A stretch of DNA of 64,000 bases. Origin: a virus. The stretch lies in IMG/VR virus record IMGVR_UViG_3300025897_000009; one strand, 5' to 3'. The translations under genes and the position numbers were made by a program. Shown here piece by piece: positions 1 to 8,806 of the stretch. Position 1 is the first letter of the stretch, and each line of letters begins with the position of its first letter. Below the pieces are notes generated by a model. The model did no database searches and was not told where the DNA came from. It worked only from the letters and a program-made list of their open reading frames with translations.

Positions 1-20
1 TACTTGCATCCCCTATCATC

Positions 21-1532
21 ATGATTGGGGGTTTCCTTATAGGTATTGGTCAAGGATTGGTAAAAGCAACGAAAGCAGTAAAAGATGGTAGCAAATTTAC
101 CAAACTATTCTCTTTGCCTCTAATTGCTTTTAATGCAGCAATCCAAAGTATCACAAAACTGTTGGGGACTCGTACAGCATTTTTAACAAAGGCAGGTGGT
201 CCAATCTGGAACATCAAGCAATTGTTCAACACCCTTATAGCAGGATTCAAATTCGATTCAATCAACAAAAGTGCAACTAAATTTCAAAAAAGTGTCTTTA
301 ACATTGGACAACAATTTAAGAAGGTAGGTAAATCATTCGGTGCAGCAGGTGAATTGATTAAGAAGTTGTCAGCACCATTCAAAGGACTCGCCGATGGTGC
401 TAAAGCAGTAGGAAAAGTGATAGGGAAATTATTTGCACCACTCAACTTTATCTTCGTTGCTTTCGAAACAGTCAGAGAATCCTTAAATGGATTTAAAGAA
501 GCAGGAATTGTCGGTGGAATTTTAGGTGCAATCTCAGGATTTATAAAAGGTTTGATCACTATCCCATTAGATCTTATCATCAATGCTGTAGGTTGGATTG
601 CTGGTAAACTAGGATTTGAGAATGTAGCAACAGCACTCAAAGAGTTCTCATTCACTGGACTGTTAACCACATTCACAGATAAACTGTATGACATTATTAA
701 TAGTATACAAGAGTGGGTGGGTACTAAATTTGAAAATGTGAAAGAATCTTTACTGAACTTCGATCCATTTGAAGCAATAGGCAACATTGGTGACAAAATT
801 AGCACTGCTCTCTCAGATGCTGGTGCATGGGTGGGGGAGAAAGTTAAAGGTCTGCTAGCAAAACTCAATCCTCTGAATTGGTTTAAAGGTGATGATGCTG
901 AAGGAGACTATGCAGGTGAATTCGCAGAAGGTGGTAATATTCCTGCTGGTAAGTTTGGATTGGTAGGAGAACGAGGTCCAGAATTTGTAGGTGGTCCATC
1001 TTCAGTCATGTCTGCAGATAAATCCCGATCGATGATGCAGACTGCCACTAAACTCATGGGTGGTACAGGTGATGATGTTGATATTAAAGGTCAAGTTCTA
1101 TTCACTCGAGAAACAGGGGAACAAGCATTAGAATCATTTAATGCTGCACTCGAATCTGCTGGTATTCAAGAGAAGATCACTCTAGATGAACTTAAACAAG
1201 CACAGATGGATGGTATTGAAAATACTTCTAATCGTGTGGGTGATTTATATGATCAGTTCTTACGCAAAACTGAGACAGCAGCACTAGACATTAGTGATGC
1301 GTTTAATATTGAATTGGATGATCTTGGTATGGGATCAAGCAGTGGTGAAACTATTAAAGCAGCAGAGACTGAAATCGCTGATGCTAGAATGAGTAATCAG
1401 AGTGGTGGTGGAAGTGCTATAGCAAATTCAGGTAATGTCACTTCAAGTATTGTGACGAGTACGAATACAATTATGGCTGGAGTGAATACAAGAAACAACG
1501 ATTCTATCTCATTCCTTAACAAGAATATCTAA
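21..1532 (+). CDS. Baseplate hub/tape-measure-like protein (gp29-like), probably 5'-truncated by the window edge
   Basis: Long Gly/Ala-rich helical protein with FAEGG..GLVGERGPEFV tape-measure motif and Ser/Asn/Thr-rich C-terminus; only + strand gene, next to the gp32 region. Confidence 0.6.
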   Translation: MIGGFLIGIGQGLVKATKAVKDGSKFTKLFSLPLIAFNAAIQSITKLLGTRTAFLTKAGGPIWNIKQLFNTLIAGFKFDSINKSATKFQKSVFNIGQQFKKVGKSFGAAGELIKKLSAPFKGLADGAKAVGKVIGKLFAPLNFIFVAFETVRESLNGFKEAGIVGGILGAISGFIKGLITIPLDLIINAVGWIAGKLGFENVATALKEFSFTGLLTTFTDKLYDIINSIQEWVGTKFENVKESLLNFDPFEAIGNIGDKISTALSDAGAWVGEKVKGLLAKLNPLNWFKGDDAEGDYAGEFAEGGNIPAGKFGLVGERGPEFVGGPSSVMSADKSRSMMQTATKLMGGTGDDVDIKGQVLFTRETGEQALESFNAALESAGIQEKITLDELKQAQMDGIENTSNRVGDLYDQFLRKTETAALDISDAFNIELDDLGMGSSSGETIKAAETEIADARMSNQSGGGSAIANSGNVTSSIVTSTNTIMAGVNTRNNDSISFLNKNI

Positions 1533-1563
1533 TTTCTTTTTTCTATCGTATTGCTTTTTGGAT

Positions 1564-1830
1564 TTATGAATCTGTGTCTTTGCCTTCTTCGGCGAGACCT
1601 TGCGTACTTTTACTTTCGGCAATTTTGTCATAATTAATTGGACCCAATGGGTTCGGTAAGTCAATCCCAGATTCTACTCGATAGGCAAAGTCTCCTCTGC
1701 TCAAAACCTTCATGATCTTTGCTTTACCTAACTCGCCATAGTTGATTAGACTATTACTGTAATCTGTTTCTACCACAATGTGAAATCGTATCTTTCGATT
1801 ATCTTCCATGGCGATATCTACGAGTGCCAC
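1564..1830 (-). CDS. Hypothetical protein
   Basis: 88-aa ORF overlapping the rpsU 3' end, same strand. Confidence 0.55.
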   Translation of the reverse strand: MALVDIAMEDNRKIRFHIVVETDYSNSLINYGELGKAKIMKVLSRGDFAYRVESGIDLPNPLGPINYDKIAESKSTQGLAEEGKDTDS

Positions 1831-2035
1831 CTAATCCACTGCCCGATAATTTCCTAGCATCCTTTTGATGCCTGCGTATCGCTGCACCTTTTTTGCGATT
1901 TCTTTTATCACAAGGTTTCTCATAGAACTCTCGCTGTCTCACCTCTTGGATGATACCTGCTTTTTCTACTTGTTTTCTGAATCTAGAGAGCATTCGGTCG
2001 AAGTACTCTCGGTCTCTAGGTGTCACTTTTGGCAT
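1799..2035 (-). CDS. rpsU: Ribosomal protein bS21 (phage-encoded)
   Basis: MPKVTPRDREYFDRMLSRFRKQVEKAGIIQEVRQREFYEKP closely follows the S21 pattern (E. coli [30 protein letters not shown]). Confidence 0.93.
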   Translation of the reverse strand: MPKVTPRDREYFDRMLSRFRKQVEKAGIIQEVRQREFYEKPCDKRNRKKGAAIRRHQKDARKLSGSGLGGTRRYRHGR

Positions 2036-2059
2036 AATATATTTTCTTGTTGTAAATTA

Positions 2060-2229
2060 AAAAGTGTCAAGTCGCCCCACAATCTCTCGCTCTTGACTAA
2101 CAGTTCCCGCACTTTAACTGCTTTGCCCAATTCATCAGTTGCCCCATGGTCTTATGCCTATGCTGCCAATCCTTCGCACTGATGATGATGGGAACTGAAC
2201 CAGCAACAATCCAAACCCATCCCCACTTT
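2060..2229 (-). ncRNA. Candidate structured RNA / leader between gp32 and rpsU
   Basis: GC-richer intergenic region with several complementary pairs (CAGTTCCC/GGGAACTG, TCATCAGT/ACTGATGA, GTCAAG/CTTGAC, GATGGG/CCCATC) downstream of a late promoter. Confidence 0.5.
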
Positions 2230-2243
2230 ATCTGTATACAGAT

Positions 2244-2251
2244 TATTTATA
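2244..2251 (-). promoter_or_regulatory. T4-type late promoter TATAAATA
   Basis: Exact consensus right after the gp32 stop codon. Confidence 0.75.
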
Positions 2252-2252
2252 A

Positions 2253-3173
2253 TCAACTATCGTTTGCTAATCGTTGAAAGTAATCCATATCGTCGTCACT
2301 AGAAGCACTTGGTGCTACTTCTGCTGTTGCAGAAGGACTTTCGTCTGCTGTGTTCCAAGGTAAATCTGGTGCACTCGCAGAATCTAAATCAGCATCTTGT
2401 GCTACAGATTCAGCAGTTGCTCCAGAAACAGCAGTTCCTAGTACTCTATCCAACTTCTCTTTGAGTTCGTCATAAGACTTGAACTCTGCAGGAGCAATCA
2501 CACTGTTAAGTGAATATTGTTTGCTATAGAGTTCCTCTAAAGAAGTATCGTCGCCATCAAACAGAGGAGTCACTGGATCGAACTCTGATTTATCATAGTT
2601 CCAGAATCCATCAACTTTTCTTAGTTTGATTTTGAAGTTTGCACCTTCCCAAAAGTCGAAAGGGTTTAAAGGTGTTTCATCTTCAAATGCTGGGCACATT
2701 GCCTCTTTTAGCATTTCAAAGATCTTCTTACCATATCTGTATAAGAATACCTTTCCTTCGTTTTCAGGATGCTTAGGATCAGACACAACTAAAATGTTAG
2801 AAACATAGTGTAGTCTTCTCTTTTGTTTCCTTGCTTGATCTTTGTTTGCCTCGATTCCAGAGTTCCATAGTTGAGTATTGTACTCAGAAACTGGATCGTT
2901 TTTCCCAAGAGTCGTCAAGGACTTCTCAATGAACCAACCACCTGGACCTTGGAATCCATGATCCCAGTAAGTAACCCATGGTTGCTCTTCGCCTGCTGGG
3001 GATGGTAGGAATCTAACTACAGCAAACCCATTGCCAGACTTATCCATTTCTGGTTTCCAGAATCGTTCGTCTACATAGGATTTAGTTTTAGATCCACCAC
3101 TATCGGCATCAGCCATGGCAGTTTTTAGTTTATCGAGTGAACCTCGATTGCGTTTTAAGTCAGCGAATGACAT
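2253..3173 (-). CDS. 32: Single-stranded DNA-binding protein gp32
   Basis: MSFADLK, DERFWKPEMDKSGNGFAVVRFLP, HGFQGPGGWFIEKSLTT, acidic C-terminus YFQRLAND. Confidence 0.97.
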   Translation of the reverse strand: MSFADLKRNRGSLDKLKTAMADADSGGSKTKSYVDERFWKPEMDKSGNGFAVVRFLPSPAGEEQPWVTYWDHGFQGPGGWFIEKSLTTLGKNDPVSEYNTQLWNSGIEANKDQARKQKRRLHYVSNILVVSDPKHPENEGKVFLYRYGKKIFEMLKEAMCPAFEDETPLNPFDFWEGANFKIKLRKVDGFWNYDKSEFDPVTPLFDGDDTSLEELYSKQYSLNSVIAPAEFKSYDELKEKLDRVLGTAVSGATAESVAQDADLDSASAPDLPWNTADESPSATAEVAPSASSDDDMDYFQRLANDS

Positions 3174-3210
3174 ATCGTATCTCCTTTATATTGCATTGTA
3201 TTGCGTTGTA

Positions 3211-3942
3211 TTAATGATCAGGATACATTGGTATTCGGTCAACATAACCAGAGCCAAGTACCCATTCTTCATCTTCAGGTATATTATAGGTTATTTCATG
3301 GGTGTCAGTAAGTGACTTTTGGAAATTAAACTTAACTTTTTCAAAGTGCTTTACCATCGCCATTAACTGATCATATTGCGCAGTTAATACACGAAAGGTA
3401 TCTTCCTGTTCCCAATCATAATTGTCAGTTCCTTGATAGACATTCTCATAGGTGTTATTCCATAGAGAATCAAATCCTATTAGGTTGACTTCCTTTGCTC
3501 CATCTAACAATGCCAATCCTATGGCAGTGGTTCCACATACCATATCTCGTAGGATCGGATCGTCAAACTTCACGATCGAGTTGGGTTCTTCAAAACATAA
3601 TATTTCCATAGTCCCTTGGAGTGAAGATCCCTGACTAAAGAAATGAGTTGAAGACTCGTTAAGATTATGTGTAGTTATATCACTGTGATGTGAGTCAAAC
3701 CTTAACATCATCTTAAATTGTTCAAGAGCATCTATAGGAGTAGCATCCCAATCAGCGAATGCAACTTTATGCTCTTTGTAGTATCCAGAATTGATAATCT
3801 CGATTTGCATCGGGATATCGACTGCTACTAATGTGTCTGGTGAGAAATCTCTATAGAGTGCATTACACCCATAAGTGTTCTCAAGTTTGGTAAGGTCAAA
3901 TTGTGTCCTGCTAGGACCATTGCCTAAAATATGTGCTATCAT
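3211..3942 (-). CDS. MAF/DUF115-like (glycosyltransferase-like) protein
   Basis: ILGNGPSR..YGCNALYRDF.PD.LVAVD and LIGFD motifs. Confidence 0.6.
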   Translation of the reverse strand: MIAHILGNGPSRTQFDLTKLENTYGCNALYRDFSPDTLVAVDIPMQIEIINSGYYKEHKVAFADWDATPIDALEQFKMMLRFDSHHSDITTHNLNESSTHFFSQGSSLQGTMEILCFEEPNSIVKFDDPILRDMVCGTTAIGLALLDGAKEVNLIGFDSLWNNTYENVYQGTDNYDWEQEDTFRVLTAQYDQLMAMVKHFEKVKFNFQKSLTDTHEITYNIPEDEEWVLGSGYVDRIPMYPDH

Positions 3943-3957
3943 AAAAAACTGTTTTTG

Positions 3958-4473
3958 TTACTGTTGTTGCCCCATGGCAAGGATATACTCTAACCATTCT
4001 CTCATAGACCAATCTATATTTGCTGTAATCATGTTATACTGTTTAGGATGTTTCATGATTCCGAAGGCAAAGTGCCTGTTGATTAAATAAGGAGTGTATG
4101 GTTCTACTTGGTAGAATGCTTGAGTATTAGTTTCTGTATTTGCATGTTCATTGTCAGTTAGTTGTCTTTTGCTAAACAGACTGAGACGACCAACTGCTGC
4201 AGAAGAGTGTACCAATGTTACATCTTCATCAAATATTGCAAGAACTACTTTTTGATCTCTGTAAGGCATAGAATGCAACTTTCTGCCTTCCATTTTCTTA
4301 GCATCAAAGACTATGTCCCCATGATCTTTTTTGTTAATGCCAAAGTTAGTTTTCATCCACCTCACATATGAATCTAAATTGCCATCAGCAATTCTGTCAA
4401 ATGTTCGCTTCTGCATTGTCAATGCAAAATCAAAGATAATAAGGTTTTGTCGTAAGTCGTTGTATTTGTTCAT
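3958..4473 (-). CDS. Hypothetical protein
   Basis: 171-aa ORF coupled to the gp59 stop. Confidence 0.6.
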   Translation of the reverse strand: MNKYNDLRQNLIIFDFALTMQKRTFDRIADGNLDSYVRWMKTNFGINKKDHGDIVFDAKKMEGRKLHSMPYRDQKVVLAIFDEDVTLVHSSAAVGRLSLFSKRQLTDNEHANTETNTQAFYQVEPYTPYLINRHFAFGIMKHPKQYNMITANIDWSMREWLEYILAMGQQQ

Positions 4474-5060
4474 GTAAATATTTCTAATGCTATCGTTTTT
4501 AGTTTCTTATGATCACCTGATACAAATGCAGACAGTTTCTTTAACCTACCACTGTGTTCTTTCCACACAATGGTTTCTGCTATTTGCTTATCCCATACTT
4601 CAATGAACTTTGTTAACTCATTGAATAAGATGATCGATTCTGGCGATATTTTGTTTGCCAGATATTGTTTGAGTAGTACAGGATGTTGTCCATCCTTTAC
4701 TTGTAACAACTCGTCTAATGTATATTTAGTTGCTAGAGAACTTAGTTCTTTTTGAAAATTGTATGTCAAACTCTGTTTTCTTTTTTTGTAGTTGCTGTAT
4801 TGGGTTTCTGATTCATTACCAAGTAAATCCCCCACCCACTTGTCGGAAGTTGATAAGTTTGCGATAAGGAAATCACGCAACTCATGTCCGTGTTTTCTAG
4901 CAAGTTTCGCAAAGTGATACTTATCCTTTCTTTTAAGGAACGACTTGAGATCTGCTTTGACTTGTCCATTGTACTTAACATAATCGTATGAATCTGAGGT
5001 GAAATGCAATTTAATGCCTAAGTAAAGGCAGTATGCATCAAACCCTTCTCTGCTAGTCAT
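4470..5060 (-). CDS. 59: Helicase loader gp59
   Basis: AYCLYLGIKLHFTSDSYDYVKYNG, FLKRKDKYHFAKLARK, HPVLLKQYL; position between gp33 and gp32. Confidence 0.92.
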   Translation of the reverse strand: MTSREGFDAYCLYLGIKLHFTSDSYDYVKYNGQVKADLKSFLKRKDKYHFAKLARKHGHELRDFLIANLSTSDKWVGDLLGNESETQYSNYKKRKQSLTYNFQKELSSLATKYTLDELLQVKDGQHPVLLKQYLANKISPESIILFNELTKFIEVWDKQIAETIVWKEHSGRLKKLSAFVSGDHKKLKTIALEIFT

Positions 5061-5937
5061 ACTTTACAGTTGTCCTCCACATTGTTCTTTCACCAGCAAA
5101 CTGATGGTATGCACCTCGATGCATGCATGCAGTGTTGTTAAAGATCAAACAATCACCTTCTTCCCAATCTACTTGACATAGCAAATCTTCATCATTCGTT
5201 AATAGCATAAAGATTTCATTTGCCAAGATGGCATTACTTTTGTGAGGCAATACAGATACAGGAGAGATATACAATGTCTCTCTGTCAAGTATGTGATTGT
5301 GTCTCAACAGGGGATGAGATACTTCATCGGAATAGAAGAAGTCTATATCTTTTCCAACAAATTGATGATGATACTTATCATATGCGTTGACAAAATCAAT
5401 AAGCATAGTGGAACCACCACCAAGTCTCGGATTAATAATATTATATTCTTCGATATCCTTATCTCTGTCTGTCTGAGTTGGTTTATAATTCTTTGCATAC
5501 AAAATTCCAATATCTGGTAGATCAATCCTATGAGGAAAGTCTACATGCCAGTTCTTAAACCCACCGATTAATGCTCTCTTTGCTTTGTATTCATCACTCA
5601 TGTCACCCAAACCAGACAATCCTATTTCAATCTCTTCTTCTTGGTCTAACCCAGCATAATCAAATATTGAGAATCCTGGCAGGTTGGTGTTTGCTAACAC
5701 ATTGCGTGATGTGGAACTTTGCTCTCTAAACTCAGACATTCTTGTAGAATTAGCAATACGACTTACTTCATGGACATGGTATTGATCATTGTAACAGTCT
5801 AAATCTATTTCACCAATAGATAAAGAAAAGTCATAGAACTCTTGTTCTGACAGATCTCCCAAATGTACCACGACAGCGAACTCAGTTTTCAAGTCCTGTC
5901 GTATCGAGTCTATGGAAGTTTTTTTGAGTTTCCTCAT
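5053..5937 (-). CDS. TauD/TfdA-family 2OG-Fe(II) dioxygenase
   Basis: WHVD, HPLLR.N....R..LYI, WEEGDCLIFNNTACMHRG, R.MWRTT. Confidence 0.85.
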   Translation of the reverse strand: MRKLKKTSIDSIRQDLKTEFAVVVHLGDLSEQEFYDFSLSIGEIDLDCYNDQYHVHEVSRIANSTRMSEFREQSSTSRNVLANTNLPGFSIFDYAGLDQEEEIEIGLSGLGDMSDEYKAKRALIGGFKNWHVDFPHRIDLPDIGILYAKNYKPTQTDRDKDIEEYNIINPRLGGGSTMLIDFVNAYDKYHHQFVGKDIDFFYSDEVSHPLLRHNHILDRETLYISPVSVLPHKSNAILANEIFMLLTNDEDLLCQVDWEEGDCLIFNNTACMHRGAYHQFAGERTMWRTTVKYD

Positions 5938-6155
5938 ATAGGAAGTTTTCCTCTAGATTTTGCACCTTTTATCAGATTAAGATCTGATGCTTCTGCTTTA
6001 AGTCTATCCAGCAATGCATTGCTGAGCAGTCTTTTTGCTGATTCGGGTTCTAGAGAATAATTTTCACACACCCCTAAGATAGCATCGATGACTTCTGCAC
6101 CTTTACTAATCTTTGATTCAACTTGTTCAGAGAATTGTTTTTTTGAAAGTATCAT
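5934..6155 (-). CDS. 33: Late-promoter transcription co-activator gp33
   Basis: FSEQVE..IDAILGVCE..LEPESAKRLLS..LKAEA.DLNLI; synteny. Confidence 0.85.
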   Translation of the reverse strand: MILSKKQFSEQVESKISKGAEVIDAILGVCENYSLEPESAKRLLSNALLDRLKAEASDLNLIKGAKSRGKLPI

Positions 6156-6164
6156 AATTATCCA

Positions 6165-6332
6165 TTATATAAGTAATGATGCTGTAAACATCAGCAACAA
6201 TACGATTCCTAAGAAAGCAAATGCTAATGTTATTGCTACCATTAGAACAGCACTAGGAGTCAACTGTATATCGTTCACCTCAGTGCCAACTCCCAATAGG
6301 AGTTTTGCTATCACCTTAAAAAATTTTGTCAT
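6165..6332 (-). CDS. Small membrane protein (55 aa, DUF2970-like), not in ORF track
   Basis: Manual translation MTKFFKVIAKLLLGVGTEVNDIQLTPSAVLMVAITLAFAFLGIVLLLMFTASLLI. Confidence 0.6.
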   Translation of the reverse strand: MTKFFKVIAKLLLGVGTEVNDIQLTPSAVLMVAITLAFAFLGIVLLLMFTASLLI

Positions 6333-6516
6333 TAAAATAAAACACTACCAGCATTGAACCAAAAGCAACTGCTTGTACAACTGCAGGTATTACAACAAAG
6401 TAAACCATTGCACTGAATTTGCCAGCACGGAAGAAATCCTTTTTCTCCCACTCGGAAACTTCTTCAGGTGAAGCATCCTTCGTAGCATTCAATGGCAAAG
6501 GTAATTGTTGTGCCAT
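6316..6516 (-). CDS. Small membrane protein (66 aa)
   Basis: MAQQLPLPLN... with C-terminal TM; start overlaps upstream TAA (TAATG). Confidence 0.6.
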   Translation of the reverse strand: MAQQLPLPLNATKDASPEEVSEWEKKDFFRAGKFSAMVYFVVIPAVVQAVAFGSMLVVFYFNDKIF

Positions 6517-6626
6517 TATATAAAACTCACAGACCCTGTGGTTGCTGCGATTGAAAATCCAAACATGCATATCAGCATGAGCAACCCTACATTGTCTTTC
6601 AGTTTTTGTAGTCTTCTCTCACTCAT
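6516..6626 (-). CDS. Membrane micropeptide (36 aa)
   Basis: MSERRLQKLKDNVGLLMLICMFGFSIAATTGSVSFI, tightly packed. Confidence 0.5.
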   Translation of the reverse strand: MSERRLQKLKDNVGLLMLICMFGFSIAATTGSVSFI

Positions 6627-6629
6627 TGC

Positions 6630-6713
6630 TCATCCATTAATTAAAATGAATGGCACTGTTAATGCTGCAAAAAGTAAACAGAAAACAAAATCACGATGTA
6701 TGTTCTTTAACAT
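6630..6713 (-). CDS. Membrane micropeptide (27 aa)
   Basis: MLKNIHRDFVFCLLFAALTVPFILING with GGAG SD, downstream of TATAAATA. Confidence 0.45.
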   Translation of the reverse strand: MLKNIHRDFVFCLLFAALTVPFILING

Positions 6714-6750
6714 TTCTCTCCAAAGTTATAAATTGAACCAATTCGCAACA

Positions 6751-6758
6751 TATTTATA
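6751..6758 (-). promoter_or_regulatory. T4-type late promoter TATAAATA
   Basis: Exact consensus, intergenic, inside inverted repeat GTTATAAAT/ATTTATAAC. Confidence 0.7.
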
Positions 6759-6783
6759 ACTAATGGGAGTCTATAAGTTTCAT

Positions 6784-7455
6784 TTATGAAACTTTTTCAT
6801 TGTTTTTTTCATAGAGATTGTAATACTGTGTTCTTACATCTACGAGTTTGGGAACCCAATGTTCAGGTTGATCCACAAACAACTGTGAAGAACTATCTTC
6901 ATCAACAGATACAATCGTCACGATGATCTTAGGCATCTCACCTGTCATTTCATAAACACATTGTGCGTATGCTGTTTCTTGTATTAAGTATCCTTCTATG
7001 TACTTATGGGTCTTTTGTTTGTTTGATGTTTTGAAGTCGATAATTGCTAACTCACCTCTAAAGTATCCTACACAATCACAGCGACCTGCGATACGATACT
7101 TATCACTGTACATAGCAGATTCTATGGCAAGTGGTTCTATCTTATCTAACAGAGGTACTATAGATTTGAAGTTTGCTTGTTGTAAAGGATTGTCAAATTC
7201 GAACTCTTCTTTGCGTAGATACTTCTCACATAGAGTATGGAAAGATGTACCTCTTCGAGCAGCACGACTTGATATTTCGTTTGCTTTTTTCTCTCCGACT
7301 CTTTTCTTCCATGCTTTGATTTGCTTTCTGCTTAAGAGTCCTGTCACTGATGTGACTGAGGGATATTTGTTGCCTTCGGGAGTGACATAATGTCTTTTCC
7401 CATCAATAGTTTGTGTCTTGAGATTAAACTCAGACAACTCTTCAAATGTCATCAT
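6784..7455 (-). CDS. PD-(D/E)XK (Cas4-like) exonuclease
   Basis: RHYVTPEG.KYPSVT, RGTSFH, AGRCDC..IIDFKTS, Y..QETAYA. Confidence 0.88.
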   Translation of the reverse strand: MMTFEELSEFNLKTQTIDGKRHYVTPEGNKYPSVTSVTGLLSRKQIKAWKKRVGEKKANEISSRAARRGTSFHTLCEKYLRKEEFEFDNPLQQANFKSIVPLLDKIEPLAIESAMYSDKYRIAGRCDCVGYFRGELAIIDFKTSNKQKTHKYIEGYLIQETAYAQCVYEMTGEMPKIIVTIVSVDEDSSSQLFVDQPEHWVPKLVDVRTQYYNLYEKNNEKVS

Positions 7456-7461
7456 AGTTAT

Positions 7462-7491
7462 ATTATACTTTATTTATCAAGTGATCGTAAG
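7462..7491 (-). promoter_or_regulatory. Early-type promoter (CTTACG-N18-TATAAT)
   Basis: Variant of the repeated motif, 6 nt before the exonuclease ATG. Confidence 0.55.
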
Positions 7492-8123
7492 GTGGTTTTG
7501 AGATTTTCAAATTGCTGTTCGTTCCAACCCTCTTTATTTTTGTAGTGTTTCCATACCCTTTTCTGTAAAGGAACATCTTTACTTTCTTCAAACCCAAAGA
7601 TGGGTTTTAATTGTTCTATGTACAAACCTATAGGATTGATGCATCGTATCCCAACATATATGAGTTGTGTTTGAGTCTTTTCTATACCATGTGGAAGCGA
7701 AGACATGTAAGAAACTACTTCTCCTCTTTTAAAGAGATAATCTTCCCCATTAATACTAAAAGGCATATCAGTAAAAGGTATGATTGTCAAATCAGTAGGA
7801 AAAAACTCAGGATCTACATGCTCAGCAACCATATGTCCTTTAGGCATAATTCCACTTTGGGGTGAAAATCTGCATCTAGTGGAAAGTTTATCGATCTTAT
7901 CTTTTCGATCGGGAAATATATCACACAGTGCTTTATGAGATGCATCATGAAGAATATCGACATCATCATCATTTAGATGTCGCGACTTATCTATCACATA
8001 GTGCGACTGTTCTGTCATCTCTGAGAGTTTCATTCGAGCAGTCACTTCCCACAAATCAAACACAGATTGAGGAATCTCATTCAGAGTTTTGTATTTGATG
8101 TATATTGGATAGACTGAACTCAT
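7470..8123 (-). CDS. Cupin/2OG-Fe(II) oxygenase-like protein
   Basis: EHVD...PHGI facial triad; paralog of the next gene (shared YIKYK, PQSG.M). Confidence 0.6.
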   Translation of the reverse strand: MSSVYPIYIKYKTLNEIPQSVFDLWEVTARMKLSEMTEQSHYVIDKSRHLNDDDVDILHDASHKALCDIFPDRKDKIDKLSTRCRFSPQSGIMPKGHMVAEHVDPEFFPTDLTIIPFTDMPFSINGEDYLFKRGEVVSYMSSLPHGIEKTQTQLIYVGIRCINPIGLYIEQLKPIFGFEESKDVPLQKRVWKHYKNKEGWNEQQFENLKTTLRSLDK

Positions 8124-8806
8124 TTTTTTAATTTGTTAACATCTATATCAAAAGGACTCTTTGCCATCAAGTTAGTTTGCGTTCCACCCTTAACTTCTTC
8201 ATCACCCCATGCTCGTTTCAGTCCACCTTTGATTTGAGTCAAGTCTACATATTCTATTTGCTCATACTCAAACATGTTTGATAGATGTTCTATAGAACAC
8301 CTGTAAGGATCTAGAGACATTCTTACACCTGCCCACTTCATATCTGTAGGATAAGCAGGTACAGCATGTGGTATATTAGTTGGTATAGACCAGACATCCC
8401 CTTTCTGTATAGGGTACAATGTACGATTCACTTCAATATGCATATCTGTTAATGATACGATCAATGGATCTTTGGCGAACATAAGATTATCTACATGTTC
8501 AGTCACACTAGAACCAACAGTCATATATCCAGATTGAGGCATGTAGACTAGTCCATTAATACCTGACCAATCGAGAAAGATACTCTTGACAAATTGATCT
8601 GCTAATTCTGAGAGATGTTCTTTTGCTTCATCTCCACTGGTTCTTTCACCAGTGATATCAGTTTCATAGATACCATCGTCAGATGGTTTGAAGATATATT
8701 TGTTACGATCAGTTGTTTCTTTTTCGTATCTGAGTGTTGCATCCCAAAACTCATAAGCAATGTCAGGAACTTCTATGTTTTTATACTTTATGAAACTTGG
8801 ATACAT
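8120..8806 (-). CDS. Cupin/2OG-Fe(II) oxygenase-like protein
   Basis: EHVD...KGDVW...PHAV. Confidence 0.62.
   Translation of the reverse strand: MYPSFIKYKNIEVPDIAYEFWDATLRYEKETTDRNKYIFKPSDDGIYETDITGERTSGDEAKEHLSELADQFVKSIFLDWSGINGLVYMPQSGYMTVGSSVTEHVDNLMFAKDPLIVSLTDMHIEVNRTLYPIQKGDVWSIPTNIPHAVPAYPTDMKWAGVRMSLDPYRCSIEHLSNMFEYEQIEYVDLTQIKGGLKRAWGDEEVKGGTQTNLMAKSPFDIDVNKLKK

Noticed and set aside
50-868. Minus-strand ORFs 50-268 and 284-868
   Set aside because: Antisense to the + strand tape-measure-like gene
2060-2229. tmRNA, RNase P or SRP identity for the gp32-rpsU element
   Set aside because: No T-arm/CCA end, no GAGGAAAGUCC, no SRP GGAA loop motif
6784-7455. Cas4-like gene as evidence of a CRISPR system
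   Set aside because: No repeat-spacer array or other cas genes seen; this exonuclease is standard in T4-like phages
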